DNA from: Laetmonice hystrix
Taxonomy: Eukaryota
Reading direction: 5' to 3'
Assembly (NCBI GenBank): GCA_965235115.1
Contig: OZ249436.1
Span: forward strand, 33,108,001-33,172,000
DNA: 64,000 nucleotides
Positions 24,861 to 38,200 of the stretch are shown here, piece by piece. The notes under the pieces were generated by a model that ran no database searches, was not told the DNA's origin, and worked only from the letters and a program-made list of their open reading frames with translations. Position 1 is the stretch's first letter, and every line of letters begins with the position of its first letter. Position numbers and translations under genes: made by a program.

Positions 24861-27800
24861 CGGTGGTACTGTACCCTCCGCCCGGGTACTGTACCCTCGC
24901 TGTAGCATCCCCCGACACCCCACCACTGGACACAGATTTCCGTGTCATATATCCCAACCCCCCCAGACTGACCTTTCTGAGGTCATCCAGTATCAAAGGC
25001 TGACCAACAACACTGCCCAGCAGGCCGCCACCTACACGTCCCACTCCCCCTGGTATCCTGGAGTTCTCACAACATCACTCAGCCCCTTTCATTATACCAT
25101 TATCGGACTGCTATTTTTCTGTCCGCCAGTGTATGTCCAAAATGTGTCCGAATGTTGAAGTTTGGCCCACCGACTATCATCTCCTGAGTCTCATCTTGTA
25201 GCGCTGTTATTTGTGATCTGTCACTCAAACAGCCGATCCCATAACGCCATAAGACACCCGAAAGTACGGTTTACCCTGAAATGGTACCAAGGCATCCATC
25301 AGCGTGTGATCTACCTGGGCCACCGCTCGGTCTGGGTCCCTGAAACCCAAGGTGAGCCGTATCAGTGGATGCACGCGCGGCCTCCCCGGTCCCGCCATCA
25401 AGGTGATCATGATGGGAACCATACCGAGCACATTCCCTGCCCTCTCCGGGCCGCTCACCCCGGGGTGTGGTCGGCCAAGGCGGTCAGTAGGGGCCTCCAG
25501 TCCGGGGGGAGGGGGTGGAGCAGATCTGGACATCGTGGGAGTTTTTACGGAACGGGATCCTCTGTTTGAGTGCATCTGGTACCGATCCTATTTGTATGGG
25601 GGTGTCCGTGTGTGCGGGGTACAGGTGCATGTGTGGGTGAGCACGTGCGTGTGCGTTCAAAGGCCTGGGCTGTCCCACGACCGGAGCGAGAGGTCGAGGT
25701 TATAAGATGTGCAGCACCAGTATTCGTTTCAAACTGGTGTCAGGCCCCCAACCTCTCACTATTTTATTGCATATGGTCAAATGCTCGTTTCAGCTCATTA
25801 GTCTATATTCTTGAGGCATGAACTACATCAATCATTTGTAAGCCTTTGATATTTGTAACCAAACCTCTTAATATCAATTCAATATCAAAGTCGCGGTATA
25901 AGTATAAGATGATAGGATTCAAAAGGTCACATGAATTCCATCTACATTAAAGCTATGTGAAGTTTCGAATAGCAAGTGACCAAGAGTACCCTACCACTGA
26001 ATGCAACCCTGATCCCACTGGTCCATCTGCAACCAAAGCGCATACTGTCAACGAAGGGTCAATACAGATTTGGTCCTTCCTGCCCTCTGGGACCAACTTG
26101 TACAACCGAACAGTACCTATATCAAAGAAACTCCCCCCATTTTGCTAATTTCCTGTCTCTTCTGCTGTTCATTAAGAGGTACATACGTGTCTATATAAAT
26201 ACGTACATATCCATTTGATCCCACAGGGCTGAACGCTGAGACGGACCAGGAACCAGCTGTGGATTCAATGAGTTCCCCTGCCACGCCCTGCCCCATACAC
26301 CACCTCCTGTAGCTATATATCCTGACCTTGTTACCACAAGGACTCCTCCTCCACCTATAGCACCGTGGAGACCTCGTACAGGCCCCCAGAGTCGACCACC
26401 TCCTTCCCCGGTCGTAACATTCCGGCGCGTGTGACCCATTGACAACTAAGGGTCATTACACCCGTAAAGGTCATTAGACCACCTAAAGGTCAGGGGGATA
26501 TTACAAATATCTACCCTACTATTTAACTCTGTGCTTCCCTCGCGCCATGTGTTTGAGGTAATAGACAATACCGTTTACGTATATATACCATACACAAATA
26601 CATGGTGCCATTATGACGCAAAAAACTACCATTACTCTAGTTTTGGTTCGGTATCAGATAGCAGCAGCTGATGGTGTGTGACCAAGCCCACTGAGGTCAG
26701 CACAGAAGGTGGTCCAATTGGGGCCCAAATACCAGCTAACAGCCTCCTGGGTTTGGCTTGCTAGGTCAAAGCACCTCTGAAGAGCACTTTACATTTGCTG
26801 TTTGTGCAACAGTATGCATGCAAAATTTAGTTGTGGCCCATGGTTGGGCAATAACAATCATTAAGAGTCCATCTCTTGCAGGGCTCATGGCCCCAGTGGG
26901 AAGTGGAAGCCAAGTGGACGGCTAGGGGCAGTCGTCAGCAACCAACAGCAGTAGGCCAGCAGCAGCAGTTAGGCATTGCTTACCCAGTACAAAGTGCCCT
27001 ACTTGACGGAGCGTGCCAAGCACTCTTCCCTTTGCCACTATGACCTTGGGGCCATCAGAGCATTGTTAACAAACTTACATGTTATCTCCGAATGGTGAAC
27101 ATTCACAAAACAAGTTTGGAATAACGTCCGAAAACTGGCGATTTTGGGGATGCATGTCCATAATATGTCCATGGGAATGAATGATGGAATGTTGTTCTAA
27201 GACATAAACAGGCGGAAATATGGTCTCAGTTTGACTTTCAGGAAACACTTAACGGTTCACTAAGGATACACTCATGAAGCGCATTTCAATTACCACATGG
27301 ATAACACAGGAAAAGATCCTGTTTCTCATGAAAACCACATTCGATGGACCCTCCCTTCGGATCAAATTGAAGGAAGCAAAATATCAAAAGGCAGTTGCGG
27401 AACGTGCTGCTAGTGGCATCGCCGACTGTGTCCCAGTGGCCATCAAACTGCCTGCAACTCCATTCCTGCAGCGTTGTCTACATGTGAGCAAACAGTGGCA
27501 GCATGGAGCAGCCTGGCCACTGTTTGCTGAGCATGTTGTGGGGAGCCTGGCGGACGGCACGCCTCAGGGACCATCTGTAAGGGCCATCATCGGCGGCCCT
27601 CCTGTTTACAGCCTCCTGATGCCACCGGCCGACCGTCCTCCACGGCTACGGGCCAGGGTCGCCTCCGGTACCCCGGGACGGGTACTCCAGAGCTCACCTG
27701 ATTTTCTCCACCGACACCGGCCGACGTCTCAAAGTTAAGGGGCTGACCACGTGGTCCATATGCAGCTCACGCGCCCACTGTTAGGCCTGGCGCCACGGTC

Positions 27801-28093
27801 TACGGGCAGTTGTTGAATTGTTGACAACCCTGGCATCAGGGAGATCTCATCCAGGGCTGGTCAAACTGGAGGAGCTGGAGGACCTAGGGTATTCCTGACA
27901 TCTGCTCAGCTACGACAAGGCGGCATAACAAACAAACCTGGAAAGTAGGGAGACGTCTACCCTTGAGGATATTACAAGGAGCTAAGGCCCCAACCTGAGC
28001 GCGGTTCCAAGTACTTAGTTAACTGAACGCCCTATCCCGGGCCCTTCTCTATGATCGCCCTGGGATTTCAAGACTGGACCAGCGTACAAAACA

Positions 28094-28945
28094 CACCTCT
28101 ACATATACCCTTAGCTTCAGCAGCAACTGTCACACAACGCCTGGTCAGTATGTGTGAACAAATCTCTACATACACCCATGGCTTCAGCAGCAACTGTCAC
28201 ACAACGCCTGGTCAGTATGTGTGAACACATCTCTACACATACCCTTGGCTTCAGCAGCAACTGTCACACAACGCCTGGTCAGTATGTGTGAACATATCTC
28301 TACATGTCACATGTATACTCTTGGCTTCAGCAGCAACTGTCACACAACGCCTGGTCAGTATGTGTGAACAAATCTCTACATATACCCTTGGCTTCAGCAG
28401 CAACTGTCACACAACGCCTGGTCAGTATGTGTGAACACATCTCTACATATACCTTTGGCTTCAGCAGCAACTGTCACACAACGCCTGGTCAGTATGTGTG
28501 AACACATCTCTACATATACCCTTGGCTTCAGCAGCAACTGTCACACAACGCCTGGTCAGTATGTGTGAACACATCTCTACATATACCCTTGGCTTCAGCA
28601 GCAACTGTCACACAACGCCTGGTCAGTATGTGTGAACACATCTCTACATATACCCTTGGCTTCAGCAGCAACTGTCACACAACGCCTGGTCAGTATGTGT
28701 GAACACATCTCTACATATACCCTTGGCTTCAGCAGCAACTGTCACACAACGCCTGGTCAGTATGTGTGAACACATCTCTACATATACCCTTGGCTTCAGC
28801 AGCAACTATCTGTGTACACAACGCCTGGTCAGTATGTGTGAACACACCTATATTGCCACACAACGCCTGATCAGTATGTGTGAACACACCTATATTGTCA
28901 CACAACGCTTGGTCAGTATGGGTGAACACACCTATATTGTAGCAC
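28094..28945. repeat. 67-bp tandem array (about 10.5 copies) followed by three shortened ~42-bp derivatives
   Basis: Unit cacacaacgcctggtcagtatgtgtgaacacatctctacatatacccttggcttcagcagcaactgt; units start at 28131, 28198 and onward. Confidence 0.96.
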
Positions 28946-31900
28946 ACATTAGTCATCAGGCACGCTCGTCCTCTTCAAATTTCCCTTTTGTACTGTAATC
29001 CATAACTGTTTCCAGCCTAATCCCCGAAGGGGTAAACACAAATAAAAGCTGTGTCTGTGTGTAAATGAAGTGTGATTCGCCATTTCTGATATTCTTGATC
29101 TTTCCATGACCTTCACTTAGGCTTATTTTATATGAAGATAATTATCACACGGTAATACATTTCATTCTTTACTTTACCCACTGCTGTGTGCTGGAATTCA
29201 CCGTAAGTAACGCTATATGTTTGACACAATGTCGAATTGTAAAATTTCGAAATGACGCAGCGGATTTAGACACTTTTTGTTACTGCCTTTCGTATAAATT
29301 TCAATCCGTGTATTAGGTATGGGACGAGACTGGAAGTCCGGTGGTTAGTATATGGGGTATGTAAATGGTATTTACCTCTGTCGCCATCATAGCTTGCAAC
29401 TTCAAAACCATCTGTAACAGACAAAACAATGACAAAACTATTATATAGTGAAAACAAAGCCAGTCATAGCAATAGAACACTATTAGAAATTATTTATGAC
29501 GTTTTGAAATGTTATAACAACATTAGTGATTGATATGGGGAAAATAAGGGGAAGAAACAAAACCAGGGAGTCAGACTTGGTAGGAGAGCAAGTATTGTGT
29601 CTGGATACTGAAGGTTGAGAGGTCTGGACGAACCGTCCTATCAATGACCTGTATACCCTGGCCTGATCTCTTGGTCTCTCTGTCGTAAAGACTGGACTAG
29701 AGGACTGGTGAAGTTCCCAGTTGCTGACTGGCCACCAAACACAATGGTCCCCGTTCAGTTGGGTCAACGTAATTGCCCTCAGAACGGCCAGCAATCCCTT
29801 CTTCATGCTTCAATATATATAATGATCCTTCTCTCCAGCCAAGAACCTTCGGTCCTCTGGGGTTGAGGAGAAGGAGGGAGGGGCAGTATGAGGACAACCT
29901 TTGAAAACTCCCTTGTCTCCTTCATTGTCTCCTTCTGTGAATGAAGCCAAATCCCTCTTGCCCGCGCTGCCCAATCCCATGTCCCAGTTGCCATTTCGGT
30001 GGGATTATGCCTCCCCGCTGCCTCTTTCACATCAGAGGCATTACCCAGCCCCACTCCTCTCGGACTGCTCGCTGGAGCTCCTTGGGCCGATGTTGGCTGG
30101 CATAGAGACACATCAGAGCATGAGATGCGCCAGCTCAGATGGTTTGTACAGTACTCAAGCGTGAAATAAGCCACATTGAGAGCGGGAAACAGCGGGCCTA
30201 TCAGCCGGGCGCGCGGGGATATTGGCCCTAATGGAGGCCATTCAGTCGCCTCCAATACATCGGCCCGTCGTCGGCACACACGTTTTACACACACAATCGC
30301 ATCAGACCAATTGGCTTTGATTTAATTCGATTTCACAATGATTCCCTCGTCAAGTGGGCCGAAGATGATGCTTGGGAGAAGCCCTGGTTTTTTTTATGGA
30401 GTGCCAGCAGTCATTGCACGGCCTTATTCCACTGTAATAGTGTCTCTGACTGAGGTCAAACTAATAACTTCATCAAAATCAATGGTTCATTACCAGTTTT
30501 AATTATGCAGGCCTGATACCAGCACTCACATGACATTAAATGGCAGTAGGACTGTCAGTATGTCCGATATGTCGGATAGCGAGCACTTTAACGGATTCCC
30601 ATTAAAATAATCACACATGATTGTTGGCTTATACTATGAATCACGGAAATATCATGGCTACAACAAACGAATAGCGATCTTATCTGGCCTCGGACCTTTG
30701 TTTTAAGCCATATCTCTCTTGACTTTATCTCGCGGAGAATCTCGCAGTACCCACTGACCGTTGAGGATGCTACTGAACCACTCTATGACTTTAATTACAA
30801 TCCTCCTTCATCATCCCATATGTCACCATATCATGTCACTGGTCACGCTCACACCCAACAACTCCCCTAATCTACGATCCTCTATATCAATGTTTATCAC
30901 GCAATTGATTATGCAAAAACGGGTCTCCTTTTAAAAACTATATTGACATTCGTCATACAAACAACTTGGTTCCTATTCCGTCCATGTTCCACATGTTTGC
31001 TTCCGTCGACTCTGCATGTCTTGGCAAATGCCCTTTTTTCAATCAATCCATGCTAACAGCATGTTACATTTGTTTAGTCAACAGTGTAGTAGATCGTACC
31101 CGGCTGGCACAGAGGTTATCTGTTAGCCTCATCATTGATCTACGGTGTGAAACCTTTATAAGGACAACAACTGTAGCCCAATGCTTACCATTGTGGCCCT
31201 TTAATCAACATGGTAATGGAGTATAGATTGCCTGGCAGGCCAGGTCCTTCACAACATGAGTCCACTCGCCCTGAGGTAACCTGCATCGACTTGTTACACG
31301 GAGGGCGTCTCTGTAAGTGGGTCCCCTGGGGGTCAGGGATCGGGACCAGATGACCCTAGGTGACCTCACCATCATCGGGATCCTGCTTCACCTTGCCAAA
31401 CCCTACCCAAGACGGTCAGATGCATTTTACTACAGGATGGAATTCGTATACTGGGTATACTCATTATATCAGACTGTGTGAGGGGAGCGTGTCCGAATTA
31501 AAGCCCCCCCCCCCACCCCCCTCCCCGCCCTGTGCTGGGTCCAGGGGCACCATCAACACGACATTGTCACAAGGGCACGCCGCCGTGGAGGCGTGTAGGC
31601 CCCACGGCGCGCCACGTTTCACCTGTCACCGCTAGGTGCCGCTGACAAGAGGGGTACCGACACAAATGGAGTGGTAGCTTGGCTGGCCACCTGAACCAGT
31701 GCTGCCGACATGACATGGTATCACGTCTTTCTTATAGCAACCGTCTTTCTTTCCCTGTGACGTACATAACGTGCCTTCTTCCCGCTGACGTACGTATACA
31801 GCAAACTTATAACAGCATTGGGCGTTCCACACAATTATTTTTACTTCATCTATAGGCAAAATGTTCTCCCAGTGTGTGCTGGGGGGATTTCTTCCTATTA

Positions 31901-33064
31901 AATAACTCCACGTCAGATGAGCTGCTGACGTTCGTATCAGGTTTATGGTCCCCAGATATTGGAAAATGCATCCAATCCACCTGTTCGGCGCTGACACTTA
32001 AAGCCGGATTTTTAAGCAGGTTTCATCTTCACCATCTCCAGGGACATGACCTTTTAACGTTAATGTTCCCGGGCGTTTTTCTTGATTCCAAGTGTATGAA
32101 GAAAGAAACTTCGCAGTTGGCTACATTTATTGGCTAACCCTCTGAATAATCATAATAATCAGTCTGAAGCACTTGCCTTGTCCTGAAAGCCTAATGTTTC
32201 TTTCCCCCTCCTCCTGTCCCCGCCCTATCCCCTGAACCTCCCTCCTGTATGTAAAACCGAAGTTGCAAGCTCCTCACAATAGTTGGAGCATTGCTAGAGC
32301 GGGACTACACGCAAGCCCAGTTGTAGTCATGCGATGGTCAAAAGCTCCTGCTGCCTTCCACTGCCTCCAGCCTGCCTGGTCGCCTCTCTAGAGAGGGACT
32401 TTTGGCTAACACCTTCAGAAGGTCAACCGCCCGGTAAGGGCCCTAAGCTGGACGACCTGCATGACCTACTAATGGTATAACTGCGACAGGGATCCGCTGA
32501 ACAGTAAACATTCGAACAACAGATGGCAGTGCAGTAGGAAAAGTCTGGAAACGACTCGTCCTATAAGAAAAGTCTGTAACCATAACGGAACACGTATTAA
32601 CAACTCTTCCGCGCCAGGATACGCCTAAATCTGCCACTTCCGGAAACATTAGCAAACCTATTTCCGGTAACATGGAAATGACGCTCCTCCAGGAATTAAG
32701 GGATTACTGTCAATATTACAAACATCATAATATCTGGTCGAATTCAAATTCATTAAATTCGTGACATTGAACCATCAATTTTTGACCGTTGTCACTGTGC
32801 CAACGGTTTTATCAGAATTCGCCCGGTTTTTACGTCACTTATGTCATACTAATTTCAATATGATACTAATCATCCCAGACTCCTGTCATCTACAATTACG
32901 GAAATGAAACCTTTCATTACTGACTCCCGGATTAGAAAATACTCCAAGGAAAAAGACCTGGGAATATTGCCTTCCCCTTCAGCCCAACGCATAATTATCA
33001 AATATACGCATAATTCTTTCCCTCATAATCATCACCGGTTTGGGATCAAGGAAGTCTAGTTTTG

Positions 33065-33146
33065 AGTACCAGGTACATTTACAAGCAGTAATTCAAACCA
33101 CACCTTAGTACCAGGTACACTTACAAGCAGTAATTCAAACCACACC
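33065..33146. repeat. 42-bp-period direct duplication x2
   Basis: agtaccaggtaca(t/c)ttacaagcagtaattcaaaccacacc at 33065 and 33107. Confidence 0.9.
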
Positions 33147-33363
33147 TGCAGCAAGGACAAACAAGATTCCCGTTTAAGCATGAACGACCATACAGAAAGG
33201 CTCCAGTTCGGCCAAACTCCAATATCCCGTTCAAAGGATCCCGGTGTCGCACACTTACGGAGAAGTCGCCAGTACCAAGGGCTGTCTCTCCAATAGTTGC
33301 TCCCTGATGTAATTAGGTGGAGCGTACCTATAGAGGCGTGCTGATAACAGTTCTACCACATAC

Positions 33364-33525
33364 CTCGGCACATTCCCCCGGTACAGTTGGAGAAGTCAAG
33401 GTCGCCGCCTCCACAGTAAGTGCCGCCGTTCTGGGGTGGCGGGTTGTCACAGGACCTCCGGCGGTGATGGTTGCACTGAGGGCTACATGTAGACCAGGAC
33501 GACCACGTCGACCAGAAACCATTGA
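33364..33525 (-). CDS. unc5: UNC5 exon, TSP1 domain 2 (VNGFWSTWSSWSTCSPQCNHHRRRSCDNPPPQNGGTYCGGGDLDFSNCTGGMCR)
   Basis: 162 nt; acceptor attttcag|TC, donor CGA G|gtatgt; WxxWxxW motif and the UNC5-type NCTxGxC end. Confidence 0.96.
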
Positions 33526-35074
33526 CTGAAAATACATCCAATACATCAGTTAGTAAGTTATCGACAGTTCAGTTACTAAAGAAATAGTTGTCCTGTTGGC
33601 GGACGCCACATGGATCTGCGATCCTAAAACACGAGACTGTGTGGTCAGAGCTATATAGTGCCTGTCAGCCGTGGCAAGAAGGGAGAACGGCATCGCCTGA
33701 CGAAAATAACGTCGTCAATAAACTGGTCTGATTCAGACAGAAACTGACGGGAACTGACTTGTTTTTTTCTCAAGGAAAAGGAAACAAGGTGAATAAAACA
33801 AAACACGTTTTCAATGGTCTTTTACAATGTAGTAACAATCTGGTTCCGATGCGGGGAACAAAAGATGGTATTACATCACACTATTTTTTATACTTCACCT
33901 ACAATAATTTTTTTCTCTTCATCAAAAAGAAACAGAAAATATACATAAACTGAGAACAAAGCACTGTTTGTGTGGATAGTAACGTAATAATCATAGTTTA
34001 AGTTAACCTAGGTTATGGTTGTGATAGAAAAAAATACCTGACCTATGTGGGTCACATGGTTCAGAACAATATTGATTATCATGCGTCCAGCTCTTTTCTT
34101 TGTACAATGTCTAAAAAAACATACATCAAAGTGTATGAAACGTCGAGTGTTTGATGATAGAGGATCACCCCTACACAAGGTTGACCAAGACAGAAGATAC
34201 AGGACAGGGACAGAGGAGGGACACATCATGGAGGAGGTCACACACTGGACACGGACAGAATGACACACTGTGAGCGCAGTATCAAAACCAAGCGCATGTC
34301 TTCTAAAGCCAGAGATGCATTTATTTTTTTACAAAAGAAAGCTAAGTTTCTGGTTGGCCTTACAGACCAAAGTAATGTATCCCTGAATGAGACATCTCAT
34401 CTCAAAACACAACTGACACATCTAACAACAATCAAACTGTTTGCCTGGATGTAACTGTTACCGTTTGGCAAGCAAAAACAATTTTAACAATTTTGGTGAA
34501 AAAGGATTACAGGTATCAAGCTTTCATCACATGAATATGTGTACAAATATCAAAATACGCTCGGTTCCTAATTCGCCGACAAAAAAATTTCTAATCCTTT
34601 ATAAAAAAAATAGTATTTTCATAATAACTGAACGTAACACCTTGAGATGTCCTACCGAAAGTTGAATGACAAAAGTGAACAATATTAATATTGCCACTAC
34701 ATAGTAACTTAGACTACACAACATAAAGTAAGACTTATTCAGCAAGGTTGGTGTTTAAAATGTTAATTATTACATATCGGAGAACAATTTTAGGATGCTC
34801 TACTTCAGTTTTTTGTCACACATGTTTCACCAACCATACTGCTTCCTCCAGAGCAATAAAGGAACTTAAGTCATTGCAGAAAACGACTATCACCTGACGC
34901 AACAATGATGCCACAACAGAAAAATATGAATCTACAAAATGTCTGCCTCCCCTTGAAGTTAAAATATGACACCGCCTGGTGTGTGTTTCTATACATATTA
35001 TATATGCACACCAACACATCCGACATTACAACACAGACCACCGACCTCCACATCATCATGCACCATCTCCTTAC

Positions 35075-35221
35075 CTGGGTCGGGCAAAATGAGTGAGTTC
35101 CCCAACCCCCCGCCAGGGGGGATTGGTTCATTCTCCTCATTGCCCTCAGTCTCACCGTCCTCATCCTTCTCCTTCTCTACTAAATCCTTAGTTTCATTAT
35201 CCATCTCGGGTTCCATACCCT
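35075..35221 (-). CDS. unc5: Candidate cassette exon encoding an acidic linker between TSP1-1 and TSP1-2 (EGMEPEMDNETKDLVEKEKDEDGETEGNEENEPIPPGGGLGNSLILPDP)
   Basis: 147 nt, phase 1-1, stop-free; acceptor cacactaccag|AG (weak pyrimidine tract), strong donor CCA G|gtaagg; no homology support available. Confidence 0.55.
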
Positions 35222-38200
35222 CTGGTAGTGTGCAAGCATGGCATATAAAGAGATTGTGGATGTAGGTACAACCGTGTGGTGGGAGGGTGAGGGTAACGTT
35301 ACGTATGATAATGTACACCTGATAGTTGTGTATGGTTAACTGTGTCACATGAGGGTGTGACTTGACCACAATGAAACACAAAAACACATAAACCGATAAG
35401 AAAGGGAGGTGCAAGTTGTCAACTGGAATGTCGCACTAGAACGCCAGGACATTTTTTTCTTAATAACTGTTTGCTGTTTTCTTACTTACAAAACAAAAAT
35501 TATTTCTAATCTTCACTCAAAATTTTGTCATTGTCATGACCGATAAAAGTTAGCAAGATTACACCCTCTAAATCTATAATTCTGATGTTTAGCTGAAACC
35601 TTGCGTTTACTTGCGACATCTCAGTGTTAAAGGATACAAAACCGAGGAATATCTAGAAACGGTATTGAAGCATGCGGAAGCAGCGTGCCAGCCATCTCTA
35701 CTGAATGTCTACCTCGGAAGGCTTTGATGTGGACACAGCTTGAAGCTGGCTGACGCCACAAACACTGACAATACACGATCAACCACTCCAACCTTGATCT
35801 CTCCAACTCAACTATTGTTGGGGGGGGGAGGCTACTTCTGTCACATTTCAACATTATTGTTGGGGGGGGGGGGCGCTACTTCTATCACATTTTTTATACT
35901 TATTCACCACTTAAATTAAGATTTTCTTTTGTTCAATTTAAAGGGTTGTTACAATCACGGTGCCCATATCCGATATGTCAACCACAGATCATGATAACTG
36001 AATTGGTAACATCAACGAAAGCAACCACGAAAATAAACAGACAGATGACAACGGAAAAGTCAAGGGAGGTAAGGGTTTCTTACCACAAAACAACAAAACA
36101 TACATTGGTAAAATATAAAATACAATAAAACCGAAAAAAATGTGTACGAAGGGAAATAAAACGGGACACCTCTGTTCCACAAAAAAAACCCATCTGATCC
36201 CAGGATGATATGAGGTACGGGAGACAGGAGACAAAACACCCAATAGAATAATACAGAACATATACAAACCAGATGGGATCTTGGCTAGTAACAAAAACAT
36301 GGTACGAATATTCATGAAGAACGGTTGGTTCGGTGTATATCTGATCATCAGTGTATATAGTTTAGACACTCAAACTACTATTCTTATCTTTGACACTGAA
36401 TCCCCTCCCCCTTTCATAGAATCTACTAGCTGCAATAACTTTGTGATGTTTCTGTGGCTATTGTATATCTATCTGTATATCTGTACAAAATCACCATGGG
36501 ACTGCAACCATAGCAACAAATGGTATCATTGCAGGTCTATGTGAGAAACGGTCTTGGTAAAGTTATTTGATGGTCTGTGATAAGCCAGAGTCGTCTGAGT
36601 GCGAGTGCTGTCTGTTGCTCATCTCTATAATTTGACCACATAATGTTAGCCCCAATATATGTATGAATGATCTAACAAAGGACATCACCTAAACCTCCAG
36701 TCTGCTTCCTTCATTCTCTGATTACACAATCACTCATCCCTGACTCTGACATATGGAAATATCGAGAGAAATCAGCGCTGTCATTTCCCGATACCTATCG
36801 CTCCGGTCCGCCCCAGCATTAATTGGTCATCAAAGTGCCATGCATTTGCATATCTCGCCTCGATCAGGAAATCGGGGGTCAAAAGTGGGGATTGTGTGCT
36901 CAATGAAGTCCACCTGATGATAGCAATGGTGGTGGGCAGGAGTATGGGTAGTCCGTGTCGCCTGCGGCAATGTCAGGAGTCAGACTGTGCGGATTGAAAC
37001 CCTCTTTGTGCCAGCCCCGTCTCCCAGGCGACTCGGCAATCAGAAAATCCGTGCCCGCCCGGTCCACTCCCTCCTCAACCATCACGACTTTTTATCGACA
37101 ATGACTTTTATTGTGTCTCGCCAGAATACGGACGCTCGTCTCAGACAGAGACTCACGTCCCGCCTTTATTCAGATGATCGCTGTCTCCGAGGTATCGATA
37201 TCCGCTCTGGGTAATAAATATATCTTTCTCTGCAGGCGAACTCTTGGGGATAACGTCTGCCGTAGACTGATGAATTTGTTTTGTTTTTCTTTTGTTTGCC
37301 ATTTCATGCATGTACCACGGTATAAATAATGTTTAGCTTTCCTTCTGCATGGAAAGATCGGACACAACTCTCTTAAAGAACGACCCAAACGGATACCGAC
37401 ACAATTTCCTTATATTCCACATACTCCCTCCGTTTTTCTGATGTTCAGCATTTACATATACTGACCAAAATCTTTCAAAAGTATTCACTTTGTCTCTTTA
37501 CTCCATGTCTTCATTACCATGCATGTACAAGTTTTATTGTGAAGAGCTTATTGAATTAGGGCAGCCTAAACTTTGCACTTGAGGTCGTACGTGGTGAACA
37601 AAATCCGCCGTCCTTTATATTATTTAGCTGTCATTGATAATTGTGATACCCCAGTAGAATGGATGGACACCGGGACAAACATAACTGATGACATGTTTAC
37701 TCACTGATGGCGGGCTAGTCAAGCCACTGAAGCATCTGTTCCTTCCCTCACCCTTCCAACCCCGCCGTCTAAAGGTCATTAACCTTTCCTCAAATGAGGA
37801 GCAGCGCAAAGAACGGAACCAAACTTAAAACACCCTGAGCCAGATTTTAACCGTTTTCAGTGGTATTGATTGCATGAGACTTTGAGTAGCCGGTGCCCCA
37901 GTGGGACTGGCGGTGTCATTAGCTGAGACTGGGGCCAGGACCAGACACTGACCAGTGATGGGAGTCTGGAAGCCGGCCCCATGTGTGGAGAAGGTAAGAT
38001 GATAAGTTAGGAGCGGTCGGTTGTAGTGGTGGTTGGGTTGAGGCTCCTGATTTATGCACTGATCAATCATGGAGTGTCAGTATAGACACTTGACAAGATT
38101 CGGTCCGTCACGGTAAACAGAGGGTCAACCTGTCGGCATGCTCCCTCCCAACCCCTCCACCGTCTTTCATCAAATCTCTTTGTGAACCGCACGCCCCTGC

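Noticed and set aside
25980-26130. Hint of an L2-type LINE 3' end (SFLPSGTNLYN)
   Set aside because: The similarity is too short and needs frameshifts; not supportable without a profile search.
26985-26999. 15-nt phase-1 micro-exon candidate with a strong GTAAGC donor
   Set aside because: The acceptor has no pyrimidine tract.
27274-27738. 154-aa plus-strand ORF in a GC-rich patch
   Set aside because: No recognisable domain in any frame I translated.
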